Assembly (NCBI GenBank): GCA_963765495.1 | Contig: CAVXWP010000008.1 | Span: 320,001-384,000 of the forward strand | Origin: Blastocatellia bacterium | GTDB taxonomy: Bacteria > Acidobacteriota > Blastocatellia > UBA7656 | Reading direction: 5' to 3' | DNA length: 64,000 nucleotides | In this document: positions 1 through 8,622 of the stretch, piece by piece | Numbering within the stretch: the stretch's first letter is position 1 | How the letters are laid out: each line of letters starts with the position of its first letter | Notes under the pieces: generated by a model | What the model saw: the letters and a program-made list of their open reading frames with translations, nothing else | The model's database searches: none | Told to the model about the DNA's origin: nothing | Made by a program: the position numbers and the translations under genes

Positions 1-1050
1 TATAACCGATGCGGTCCCGGTCGAAACCCTGGCAGTAAACTGATTTGCCAGCAAAAGGTCTCCATATTTTTTCAGTTTCTCAGGGTCGTCGTGTTTTGCA
101 AGATCGCTTTCAAGACCGCGCTTCCTCGCCTCCAGTTTCTTAATTTTCTCAACCAATCCCCGCTTGAGAATACTATATTTGTCCTGAAATCTCTTAGCCC
201 GGTCCCTCGTTTGATAATAGGTCTCAGCGGCCTCGGAAAGGGAAGCGAACTCATAGGTTTTCAATCCCCTGGCCTGAATCAACTCTATATGCGAGAGCAT
301 CAGATCGGACTTTAAATTCATCAATCCCGTTCCAGCCTTCTCGATGGGTAAACGAGAATAGATCAAGGGTTTTGGCGGTCTCTCAAACAGATCGAGCAAC
401 AAAGACCTGAATGCTGCGACAGGGGCTACGGTTTGTGATCGGGCAACGAACTCCCGTTTCAGCATAGGTCCGAAAGGAGATTGCGCGGTAAAGAACTCTT
501 CCAGTATCTCTGCCTCTCCCGTTTCGGAGTTCAATCTCTCCACTCTTTCAATCCATACAACGGGATCGAAAGTCAATTCGCCCGTCTCTAATCGGTTTCC
601 GACCCGAAGCCCTCTTCGATCATTAAATGCAGCGATGATCTGGCCCTGCCGGTCTGCAAGATAGACATTCGATGTTCTGCCGGTAAGCGAGACGACGAGA
701 AGCCATCTTATCTTCTCTCCGCCCGCATCAAATCTTTCGAACTCGAACCGAACCAGCCGATCAAGCGGATCTTTTGAAACGGACAAGAGCCTTGCCCCGC
801 CTATCTCCTTTTTGAGTTGAAGTATAAATGCCGTGTTTGTCTGCCGTTTTGGCCCCGATGCATTCTCAACAGAGCGAGAAACGTAGAGCGCCGGACTCGT
901 AGGGTCGAGCGATATTTTCAAAATCCATCCATCTGGCAGGCGGAAATCGAGCAATACTACCGAGCCGACCTGTGAGATTTTTGTAAGCGCGCGGCCCGTT
1001 ACTTGAGGCTGAATTTCGCCTACCAGAGCCGATAGAAAGAAGTTCTCCAT
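1..1050 (-). CDS. rqcH: NFACT family (RqcH/Rqc2, FbpA-like) ribosome quality control protein, 5' part; runs off the window start
   Basis: Absent from the ORF track because there is no stop in the window. Manual translation from ATG at 1050 gives MENFFLSALVGEIQPQVTGRALTKISQ...KDPLDRLVRFEF...VSLTGRTSNVYL...EKLKKYGDLLLAN, matching NFACT-N and coiled-coil motifs. Confidence 0.8.
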   Translation of the reverse strand, partial: MENFFLSALVGEIQPQVTGRALTKISQVGSVVLLDFRLPDGWILKISLDPTSPALYVSRSVENASGPKRQTNTAFILQLKKEIGGARLLSVSKDPLDRLVRFEFERFDAGGEKIRWLLVVSLTGRTSNVYLADRQGQIIAAFNDRRGLRVGNRLETGELTFDPVVWIERVERLNSETGEAEILEEFFTAQSPFGPMLKREFVARSQTVAPVAAFRSLLLDLFERPPKPLIYSRLPIEKAGTGLMNLKSDLMLSHIELIQARGLKTYEFASLSEAAETYYQTRDRAKRFQDKYSILKRGLVEKIKKLEARKRGLESDLAKHDDPEKLKKYGDLLLANQFTARVSTGTASVI

Positions 1051-1096
1051 ATAAACATCTTAATGGATGGTTGATCTCGGGAAAATGGAGAAAAGT

Positions 1097-1151
1097 TTGC
1101 GGCTTTGCGGTCTGGCTAGAGCCTATTTCTAGCCAGACCGCAAAGCCGCAA
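1097..1151. repeat. Perfect 24-bp inverted repeat (REP-like palindrome or terminator)
   Basis: TTGCGGCTTTGCGGTCTGGCTAGA, 7-nt loop, TCTAGCCAGACCGCAAAGCCGCAA; intergenic. Confidence 0.85.
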
Positions 1152-1200
1152 GGTACGCAAAGTTTTCCCCGGGTATAAAGTGGTCTTGCGTTCCGGTCCG

Positions 1201-2616
1201 TCAAAAGTCGCGGGCTACCAGAGTTCCTGAAATATAGTCCTGCCAGGCTCTTCGTTTTCGGTTCCCAACCACCCATAATAATCCCACAAGTGCGGGAGCG
1301 AGGGCGATAAAGAATCCAACGGTTCGAATCAAAGCCTGCGCCGGTCTGATCGACTCGAATGAATCGGCATCCACTATGCGTGTGTTTGTCATCATCATCC
1401 CAAACGTTTTTCCCGTGAGGGATTGCGTGATTGCAAGATAAAAGAAGGATATAAGCAGAACGATAATACCGGCCGAAAGTTGTGTTTCGAGCCTGGAAAA
1501 ATTACCTTCCAGAATAACTATCAACGCCAGGAAAGGGATGCAACTGAGCGCAATTGCCAGAAAATCTATAACGAGTATGAAGAAATGAGCTATGAGAGAA
1601 GGGCATTCATTGTGAGCGAATTCGCCTGCGAGAGTCTTATTGAATTTTCTGAGTTCGGCTTCGAGATAATCCGTGGGCTCGATTTCGTCGATCGGTTCGA
1701 TGCTTCGCGGGGACAGGGTATCTTCGCACAGGTCTTCATATACCGGTTCGTTTACAAGGGGACGGGTGACTTCGACACGAATCGGCTCGTGTGCGTGAGC
1801 GGGAGCGCTGGAAAGCTCGGCCGTTGTGCGCTCAACAACTGTCGTAAGGGGCTGAGTGTTCATGCTTGCTCTAGGGGTTGTCTTAGGGCTTGCCTCGGGG
1901 CTCGTTTTCGGGCCTGCGTTAGAACTTGCCGTAGAATTTGATTGCACTCTTGTTTGCGGATTTGTTCTGGTGTCTGGCCTGATGTCATCATCAGGATCAA
2001 GCGCCCTTGCGGTAGCCTCCCTGTCGATTGCCATAGCGCCTGTGGTCGGTTGCTGAATCGGGCGAGCGGGTTCGATCTTTGGAAGAGCAGCGCGATTTGC
2101 CTGCTCACTTGCTCGGCGCGCGCGAGCGATTGCGGCCTCCCTCACCTGACTGCTTGGTCTGACCGGCATTCGAATATTTGACGACCGCGAAGTCGGTTCG
2201 GCATTTTCTAAAACCTCATCCTCAATGGGCTCGGTGATTCGAGCGGGCCCTGGCGTAGCGGCTTTTCTTTGCGCCACGGTCGTCGCTGAGCGGTGAGGAG
2301 CATGTAAATCCTCATCGTCGAAATCGGGCGCAAGTTTTGGATGATCAAGGACCGATGTTTGAGCGACCGTTTCCGAGATGACTTCGGTCCCGTTGCGCCG
2401 AGCCTGAATCTGGCGAACCTTTTCGCTGAGTTCGGCGCGCCAGGCAGGCATGGAATTTTCTTTTGGTTCCCGCTCCGTGATGGGTCGCGTTTTTCGGGGA
2501 AATTCGATTAGTCGAGATGATGATGACCGTTGGCCTCGTCGGGGCGTTAATTGTCCGCATCGAGTGCAACGTGTTATGGTGCTAGGGTAATCGTGACCAC
2601 ACCCTTGACATTTCAT
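1201..2616 (-). CDS. RDD family membrane protein with N-terminal zinc ribbon and long low-complexity linker
   Basis: CxxC..CxxC at the N-terminus; C-terminal TM helices with GKTFGM..RIV and RAWQDYISGTLV, typical of RDD. Confidence 0.8.
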   Translation of the reverse strand: MKCQGCGHDYPSTITRCTRCGQLTPRRGQRSSSSRLIEFPRKTRPITEREPKENSMPAWRAELSEKVRQIQARRNGTEVISETVAQTSVLDHPKLAPDFDDEDLHAPHRSATTVAQRKAATPGPARITEPIEDEVLENAEPTSRSSNIRMPVRPSSQVREAAIARARRASEQANRAALPKIEPARPIQQPTTGAMAIDREATARALDPDDDIRPDTRTNPQTRVQSNSTASSNAGPKTSPEASPKTTPRASMNTQPLTTVVERTTAELSSAPAHAHEPIRVEVTRPLVNEPVYEDLCEDTLSPRSIEPIDEIEPTDYLEAELRKFNKTLAGEFAHNECPSLIAHFFILVIDFLAIALSCIPFLALIVILEGNFSRLETQLSAGIIVLLISFFYLAITQSLTGKTFGMMMTNTRIVDADSFESIRPAQALIRTVGFFIALAPALVGLLWVVGNRKRRAWQDYISGTLVARDF

Positions 2617-2664
2617 GATCGGTGTACCTCAAGTGTGCGGGGGCATCCTGGTGATACGCGCCGG

Positions 2665-2694
2665 ATAGTACCAAAAAGCTAAACCTCAGGTCAA
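2665..2694 (-). promoter_or_regulatory. Putative sigma-70 promoter of the RDD gene
   Basis: TTGACC-18 nt-TACTAT on the minus strand, about 50 nt upstream of the ATG. Confidence 0.45.
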
Positions 2695-2877
2695 CCCAAA
2701 TGTTGCCTTTCTTGACTTTCCGTTGCTTGTCGTCTGAGAGGGCCAGACGGGTTTACGATAGCCTTAATCACTGCGGGAACTTTAAGGCCGCAATCAAGGT
2801 CCACGCTCTCATAGTGACGGCTAAAGTAGAATGAGTCAAGTTAAGGAGCGTTATCTTTAGAAGAAAATTTGAAAGAT

Positions 2878-2910
2878 AAGAGGCAGCGGAGGTACGCCCC
2901 GATGCCTCTT
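2878..2910 (-). terminator. Rho-independent terminator of the tol-pal operon
   Basis: AAGAGGCA...TGCCTCTT stem just after the cpoB stop, followed by a T-rich tract on the minus strand. Confidence 0.6.
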
Positions 2911-2924
2911 AAACTATTGAAAAC

Positions 2925-3713
2925 TCATTGTCCAAGCTGTTGACGGGCAAGCGCGGCTTCGTTGCTTCTCGGAAAGAGTTTTATGACGGCCTGAAATTCG
3001 GCTCGCGCCGATTCCGAATCGCCAAGCTCTTGCAGCGCCATAGCCTTCTTGAATCTCGCGCCCGGTATCTTGTCACCTTTTGGGAAGAGTGTAGAAACCT
3101 TGTCGAATTCAGCGATGGCCTGTTCATACTGATGTTTCCCGAATAAGGCTTCGCCAATCCAATACTGGGCATTATCGGCCATCTCGCTTGTGGGGTATGT
3201 CTCTACGTATTGTCGGAACTCGCTTATAGCCAGATCATAATTGCCTCGGCTGTAATCGGCATAGGCGGCAGCAAAGAGTTGATCGGGGTTGCCGGGCGTT
3301 ATCTGAGTGAAGGCAGGCAACTTTGGCATATCCTCGACCAGCTTCTTGAGTTCGGCAATCTGCTCAGAAAGCCGGTCAATCCTTTGATTGGTAGCAGAGA
3401 GTCGTTCGCCTACGCCGTTCACCTCCTTGATGGCGCTCAGAGAGCCCTCCGAGACTCTGCCCTGCGCCTGGCGTATCGCAGAAACGTTATCAATTATCTG
3501 ATTGATCAGGGCATTAATCTGACCGCTATTGCGATCAAGTGATTCCTGCATGTCCCTAAGCTGTCGCTGAAGGATGACGATTTCATTCTTCATCTCGTCG
3601 AGCGCCAGCTTTACCTGCTTGTCATCGAAGTTCCCGCCGCTTGCTTTGGGTGCGCTCATTCCGAGAGAGAACACGAAAGCGAGCGCAATCAGTATCATTA
3701 GTTTTGATCGCAT
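2925..3713 (-). CDS. cpoB: Tol-Pal system protein CpoB/YbgF
   Basis: Signal peptide, coiled coil and C-terminal TPRs (AQYWIGEA); last gene of tol-pal. Likely start MRSKL at 3713 after AGGAG (ORF extends to 3758). Confidence 0.85.
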   Translation of the reverse strand: MRSKLMILIALAFVFSLGMSAPKASGGNFDDKQVKLALDEMKNEIVILQRQLRDMQESLDRNSGQINALINQIIDNVSAIRQAQGRVSEGSLSAIKEVNGVGERLSATNQRIDRLSEQIAELKKLVEDMPKLPAFTQITPGNPDQLFAAAYADYSRGNYDLAISEFRQYVETYPTSEMADNAQYWIGEALFGKHQYEQAIAEFDKVSTLFPKGDKIPGARFKKAMALQELGDSESARAEFQAVIKLFPRSNEAALARQQLGQ

Positions 3714-3782
3714 AATCTGCTCCTGTAAATATCGGCCTGAAGCGAGCAGGATGCTCAATCGACCCTGCTCGCCAAAACCGGC

Positions 3783-4808
3783 TTACTGCCCGTTGCCCGC
3801 CTTCAACTCCATCGTCAAGGTGACGGGTTCCGGGCTGCGGGGTGTCCCGCCCGATACGTATATGAAATCATCCCGTCTGTCGTGTGCCCACGAAGGCACG
3901 ACCGAAGGCGCGCCTTCGCTTCCGCCGCTCGCCCTCTCTTCGCCGTAGCTCACCGTCTGGATACGAGATGAGTCAACGCCGAGCGATGCAAGAAACTCGC
4001 GCGCCGCCTGGGCACGCCGCTCGCCCAGACCGATATTATACTCTTCGGTTCCGCGCGGGTCGCAATTGCCTTCTATGCGAAAGGTAATTGAACGGTTGGG
4101 AACATCGGTCAGCCAGGAGGCTGCACGCCGGAGCATATCTTTTCCATCCGGTCTTATTTCGGCGCTGTCATAATCGAAATAGACAGGCAGCACGTTTTGA
4201 GAGAACAAAGCGGCAATCGTGGGGTTCGTGTTCGAAGTGGTCGTGCGCGGTCTTGAATCATCGGGCGGCTCGTTTACCGTTATGCGAGTGGATGCGGAAT
4301 CGCTTCCGCCCGGCCCCGTTGCGGTCGCGGTGTAGGTAGTCGATTGCGATGGGCTGATCACGCGCGAGCCTGATCCTTGAACTGTGCCAAGTTCGGAAAT
4401 ATTTACCTGATCGGCATTTGTCGAACTCCATCTGAGCGTGGTGCTCTGACCGCGTTCGATGCCGCTTTGGTCTGCCGAGATCGAAATTGTCGGGGCCGCG
4501 GGTTTTGGAGTGACGGCGACCACGCGGCTGTCGCGGGCCTCTTTGCTGCCTCGTTTGGCAACCGCCGTATATGTGGTCGTGTTGTCGGGCGTGTAAACCT
4601 TAGAACCGACCTTGTCCACCTTCTCACCGTTGAGGACGACTTCCTTGGCATCTTTTGAGACCCAGCTTACTCTGACATCTTCACCCTGCTGGATCCGGTT
4701 TTGTGAGACTTCAAGAGTAACCTTGGGTTTCTTACACCCGGCTACACCTACGAGCAACCCTGCAACAAAGATGATCGCAAATAATCGAGAAAACCTGGTT
4801 GCCATCAC
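3783..4808 (-). CDS. pal: Peptidoglycan-associated lipoprotein Pal (OmpA-like C-domain) with two extra Ig/PKD-like domains
   Basis: Lipobox VAGC; VYFDYDS, IEGNCDPRGTEEYNIGLGERRA and TVSYGEE motifs; position after tolB. Confidence 0.85.
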   Translation of the reverse strand: MMATRFSRLFAIIFVAGLLVGVAGCKKPKVTLEVSQNRIQQGEDVRVSWVSKDAKEVVLNGEKVDKVGSKVYTPDNTTTYTAVAKRGSKEARDSRVVAVTPKPAAPTISISADQSGIERGQSTTLRWSSTNADQVNISELGTVQGSGSRVISPSQSTTYTATATGPGGSDSASTRITVNEPPDDSRPRTTTSNTNPTIAALFSQNVLPVYFDYDSAEIRPDGKDMLRRAASWLTDVPNRSITFRIEGNCDPRGTEEYNIGLGERRAQAAREFLASLGVDSSRIQTVSYGEERASGGSEGAPSVVPSWAHDRRDDFIYVSGGTPRSPEPVTLTMELKAGNGQ

Positions 4809-4875
4809 TATTCTCCTTTCTTCCGCCCGGCCCGTGGTTGTGAGGTCGTGGCCGAGTCTTTATCTGATTGAATGA

Positions 4876-4956
4876 TGATGCGCGATGAGTGATATGTGAT
4901 TCGTGAGGCAGGTTGGGGTCCCGTATCACGAATCGCGTATCACTCATCACGTATCA
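4876..4956. repeat. 31-bp imperfect inverted repeat built from 7-nt units, between tolB and pal
   Basis: TGATGCGCGATGAGTGATATGTGATTCGTGA pairs with TCACGAATCGCGTATCACTCATCACGTATCA (1 mismatch, 3 G-T pairs). Confidence 0.75.
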
Positions 4957-4960
4957 CTTT

Positions 4961-6268
4961 TCATTTTGCCCATGTCGGCGAACGTCCGCCGCCTTTTGAA
5001 ATCTGGCGCTGGCCCGTCCCGTCAATATGCATCTGCCATATTTCCCACCTTCCCGACCGATTCGATTGAAATGCCAGGTGTCGTCCGTCGGGCGACCACG
5101 TAGGACTCTCATTTCGTCCCTGTGAGGTCACTTGGAGCAGCTGGCCCGATGCAACGTCTGCGATAAAAATCTGAAAGCTTCCCGCGCCTCCGTAGGTGAA
5201 GGCGATGTAGCGGCCGTCGGGTGACCAGGATGGTGAATCGGCGTGGCCGCCTCGCGAAATCAGGGGGCGTTGATTTGCGCCGCTCGCATCCATCACATAA
5301 ACCTGCGGCGACCCGCTTCTGTCAGAGATAAAGGCTATTTCGCGGCCCGTGCGGGGGTTCCATCTCGGAGAGATGTTGACAGCCTTTCTTGTCTGGGTCA
5401 GCCGGCGCGGGTTTGACCCGTCGAGGCCGGAAACGTATATCTCCATCGACCCGTCGTTGCTGATGCCGGAGCTGAAGGCGATCTGCCCGTTTGGAGAGAT
5501 CGAAGGCGACGATGTTGTGGAATTGTAGTGCGTGCCCCCGACAAGGCCCCCGGAAGAGTTTCTAACCACGATATTTGCCACGCCCGATTTGAAACTCACA
5601 TAAGCCAGGTATCTTCCGTCGGGCGAAAACTGCGGGAATCTGACTATCGGGCCGTCGCTTGCGAAGCCTCTATGATTGAACCCGTCATAGTCCATCATGT
5701 TTATCGAATCGCCCGCGACATAGGCGATCTTTGAAGTTGCTATGCCGTCCCTTCCTGTGAGGAGTTTGACGATCTCGTCGGCAAATTCGTGAGCCATCAT
5801 TCTTGCATCGCCCGTGTGGCGAGTGGCAATGAGTTGTTGTTTTGTCTTTACATCGAAGAGGTATGTGTCTGCGGCAAGCCCGCCCAGATTCTGAATATTG
5901 CCGAATGCGACATAATCGGCCTTTGTCGGGTCGGCGCTCCATTCTTCGAAATTTAGGCTCGCCGGGTCAGGCACAAGGGTCTTTGGGTTGAGACTCTTGC
6001 CGACTATCCCGGTCACGGCGGCGAAATCGAGATCATCCTTCAGTACCTGATTAAAGGTAGCCACAGCCGCTTCTACGCCCGCCGTTCGGGCTACGAAGTC
6101 GGCGAGGGCAAGATTTGGACCGTTGCCGGGAGTGACGATGATAGTGCCTATCTGGGAACGCAAGTCCTGGCGGTCGGAGGCAGGCTCCTGTTGCGCAAGG
6201 CTTGTGTGTGGCCAGTTAAAGACAAAAAACAGGGCAGTAGAGATCAATATAGACTTACAAATTCTCAT
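4961..6268 (-). CDS. tolB: TolB beta-propeller protein
   Basis: Signal peptide, TolB N-domain (AHEFADEIV), PD40 repeats (SPSWSPDGRYIAF); operon context. Confidence 0.9.
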   Translation of the reverse strand: MRICKSILISTALFFVFNWPHTSLAQQEPASDRQDLRSQIGTIIVTPGNGPNLALADFVARTAGVEAAVATFNQVLKDDLDFAAVTGIVGKSLNPKTLVPDPASLNFEEWSADPTKADYVAFGNIQNLGGLAADTYLFDVKTKQQLIATRHTGDARMMAHEFADEIVKLLTGRDGIATSKIAYVAGDSINMMDYDGFNHRGFASDGPIVRFPQFSPDGRYLAYVSFKSGVANIVVRNSSGGLVGGTHYNSTTSSPSISPNGQIAFSSGISNDGSMEIYVSGLDGSNPRRLTQTRKAVNISPRWNPRTGREIAFISDRSGSPQVYVMDASGANQRPLISRGGHADSPSWSPDGRYIAFTYGGAGSFQIFIADVASGQLLQVTSQGRNESPTWSPDGRHLAFQSNRSGRWEIWQMHIDGTGQRQISKGGGRSPTWAK

Positions 6269-6381
6269 AATTTAATAACCGCTTCTTCCCGTCCATATTC
6301 TGGTCAGATCGTAATACCAGAAGAGAGGACTCGGAGAGATACCTGAGTGTGTTTATAAACGGCCTGCAATCGGAGCCTGAA

Positions 6382-7245
6382 TCATTTCGGATAACGAAAC
6401 CAGACCTCAGCCACGGCTTCCTGTACGCCGGATAGAAACCCTGCCGGAAAAGGGGGCAGGGGATCAGATGCTATCACAGCCCGCTCGGCGGCGTTATTGA
6501 CAAGGGCAAGCGGGCTCCTCTGTTTGAAGTATGCAGGCGAGACCCGCCCGCCGGAAACCGAAAGAATCTTTCCATCCCTCGCGATTCGAAGCAGAATCTT
6601 AACATACTGGACCGAGTCCGAATCCGCGCCGGGCGGGTTATAGTTCCTCCCAAGTATGCTTTGAATTCTCCGTCCGTATTCTGAGCCGCCGGGCAAACCC
6701 GTGCCCGCCCCAAATCCGCCGCCTGTGCCCAGTCCTACACCGCCTGTCATTGTCGGAGTGGGGCTTCCGTAACTGCGCCCAACCTGCGCGGTCGGCGCAG
6801 CGGAACGGCCACGTTCCTCCTTGCCCGTAAATGCCTTCTCCTGTTGATTCACGACAGGGCGGTTGGTCTTTACGGCATCCTTATTTGGATCTTCCCTGTC
6901 GGTCCTTGGTAAGACCTCATCGGGGTTTTCGGTTGCGGGCCGCTCGGTTTCAAGTCTCGCATTGTTTACCGGGTTGTCCTCATCACCGACATATGAGACA
7001 GGCTGAGGTTTTGCAAACCCCAGGATGGCCGACGGGTCGGCTACCCCCACTTCTATAGAACCTCCGCCGCCTTCGCCGCCTTCGCCCGGCCCTGCGGCTA
7101 CTATTTCGGATGAGTATGTGCTTTTAGCCCACACGATCAGCAGAAGCAAAACAATCAGGTGGAGTGAAAACGACAGGGCAAGACCCAGGCGAGGCGACTT
7201 CTTCTCGCCAGCAGATTGGGCCTGAAATGTGCCCCCTTCAATCAT
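6382..7245 (-). CDS. TolA/TonB-like energy transducer
   Basis: N-terminal TM with SFSLH motif, Gly/Pro-rich linker, TonB_C-like end (IARDG...AERAV...PLPPFP); lies between tolR and tolB. Confidence 0.8.
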   Translation of the reverse strand: MIEGGTFQAQSAGEKKSPRLGLALSFSLHLIVLLLLIVWAKSTYSSEIVAAGPGEGGEGGGGSIEVGVADPSAILGFAKPQPVSYVGDEDNPVNNARLETERPATENPDEVLPRTDREDPNKDAVKTNRPVVNQQEKAFTGKEERGRSAAPTAQVGRSYGSPTPTMTGGVGLGTGGGFGAGTGLPGGSEYGRRIQSILGRNYNPPGADSDSVQYVKILLRIARDGKILSVSGGRVSPAYFKQRSPLALVNNAAERAVIASDPLPPFPAGFLSGVQEAVAEVWFRYPK

Positions 7246-7676
7246 TTCTTTTTCACCGTAGGCTCGGTGACGAGATTAACCTCGGCCCCGGCCTGCTTCG
7301 CAAGATCGAGGACATAGGCGATTATTCGATACGGGGTCTCGCCGTCGCCCCGCACATAGACCTTTCTCTCGCCCGATTGACCGAGTTTTTCAGAGATCAG
7401 CCCCGGAAGGTCGTTTATATTTACCGGAGTCGCTTCTCGTTGCGTGCTGAGATAGATGTTGCCGTCTTTGTCTATGCTTATGACAATGGCTTTTGGAGTT
7501 TGATTTTCAGTACGGGTTTCGCGTGTCTTTGGCAGGGAGACTTCGATGCCTGTCTGGAGTATCGGAGCCGTAACCATGAAGATAACCAGCAGCACAAGCA
7601 TAACGTCCACCATCGGGGTGACATTGATTTCGGAAAGCGAGGTCTGCGTTCGGCCCTGGTTATTTGTGAAAGCCAT
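7242..7676 (-). CDS. tolR: TolR/ExbD biopolymer transport protein
   Basis: EINVTPMVDVMLVLLVIFMVTAP motif. Confidence 0.9.
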   Translation of the reverse strand: MAFTNNQGRTQTSLSEINVTPMVDVMLVLLVIFMVTAPILQTGIEVSLPKTRETRTENQTPKAIVISIDKDGNIYLSTQREATPVNINDLPGLISEKLGQSGERKVYVRGDGETPYRIIAYVLDLAKQAGAEVNLVTEPTVKKK

Positions 7677-7739
7677 ATCCGATTATCTCATATCTCGAAT
7701 CTCAGTAATCAATCTGAGGATTGAGATTACGAAACCGCT

Positions 7740-8459
7740 CTAAAGGTTTGCCTTTATATAGTTGCGTTCGACAAAATTCAGCAATTCGAGTGAAAAACGG
7801 TCGAGGTCTCCGGTCATCGCCTTGATCCGGCTCAGAAAATGATTGTAAAAGATGGCCGCAGGCACAGCCGCCGCGATGCCTGCGGCGGTTGCTACGAGTG
7901 CCTCGGCAATACCGGGTGCCACTGCCTGAATAGATGAGGCCGAAGCGGTCGTCAGCCCTTCGAAGGCGATGACGATGCCGACCACGGTTCCGAAAAGACC
8001 TATAAAGGGCGAGGCGTTTGCAGTAGTCGCAAGCCAGGTCATGCTATGTTCCATCTGAGTTATTTCGGCGATAGTGGCCGATTGCAGCACACGGCTTAAC
8101 GAATCAATGCTGCGGATACCCGTCCCGCCGTCCCCCATCTGGTTTGTGATCTCGTTGTAGCCCGCCATAAAGATCCGCGCAAGAGGACTCTCCTTTATGG
8201 ATTGTGAATCCATAAACACGTCAGACAGCTTTGAGCGCGCCCGAAAACTCGAGAGAAATTCCCGCGTTGCGCGCTCTGCTTTCCTGAGCGATACCCATTT
8301 GCTGAAGATGATCGCCCACGAAATTATCGAGAACAGAAGCAACAGTAGTAGCACCCCCTTGGCGATTGGACTCGCTCTCAAGAGCAAATCAATGAGCGTG
8401 CTGCTTTGTGTTTCTGTGGTCTGAATAAATGAAAGAGCGAAAAAGAAACCTATCGTCAA
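7740..8459 (-). CDS. tolQ: TolQ/ExbB/MotA proton channel
   Basis: SPFIGLFGTV and VAPGIAEALVATAAG motifs. Confidence 0.9.
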   Translation of the reverse strand: MTIGFFFALSFIQTTETQSSTLIDLLLRASPIAKGVLLLLLLFSIISWAIIFSKWVSLRKAERATREFLSSFRARSKLSDVFMDSQSIKESPLARIFMAGYNEITNQMGDGGTGIRSIDSLSRVLQSATIAEITQMEHSMTWLATTANASPFIGLFGTVVGIVIAFEGLTTASASSIQAVAPGIAEALVATAAGIAAAVPAAIFYNHFLSRIKAMTGDLDRFSLELLNFVERNYIKANL

Positions 8460-8622
8460 TATGAGTTCTCCTTGACCATTTACACGAGATCAATTTTAGA
8501 ACGGCCCCATTTAAGGTGTCAAACAAATGGGCTTGAATCCTTTGAAGAAACGGGCTGATCTTACAGTTTTTTTCGCTTGTAGGCTTGACCGGCCAGAGGT
8601 GTTCAAACATAGTTGCAAGTCT

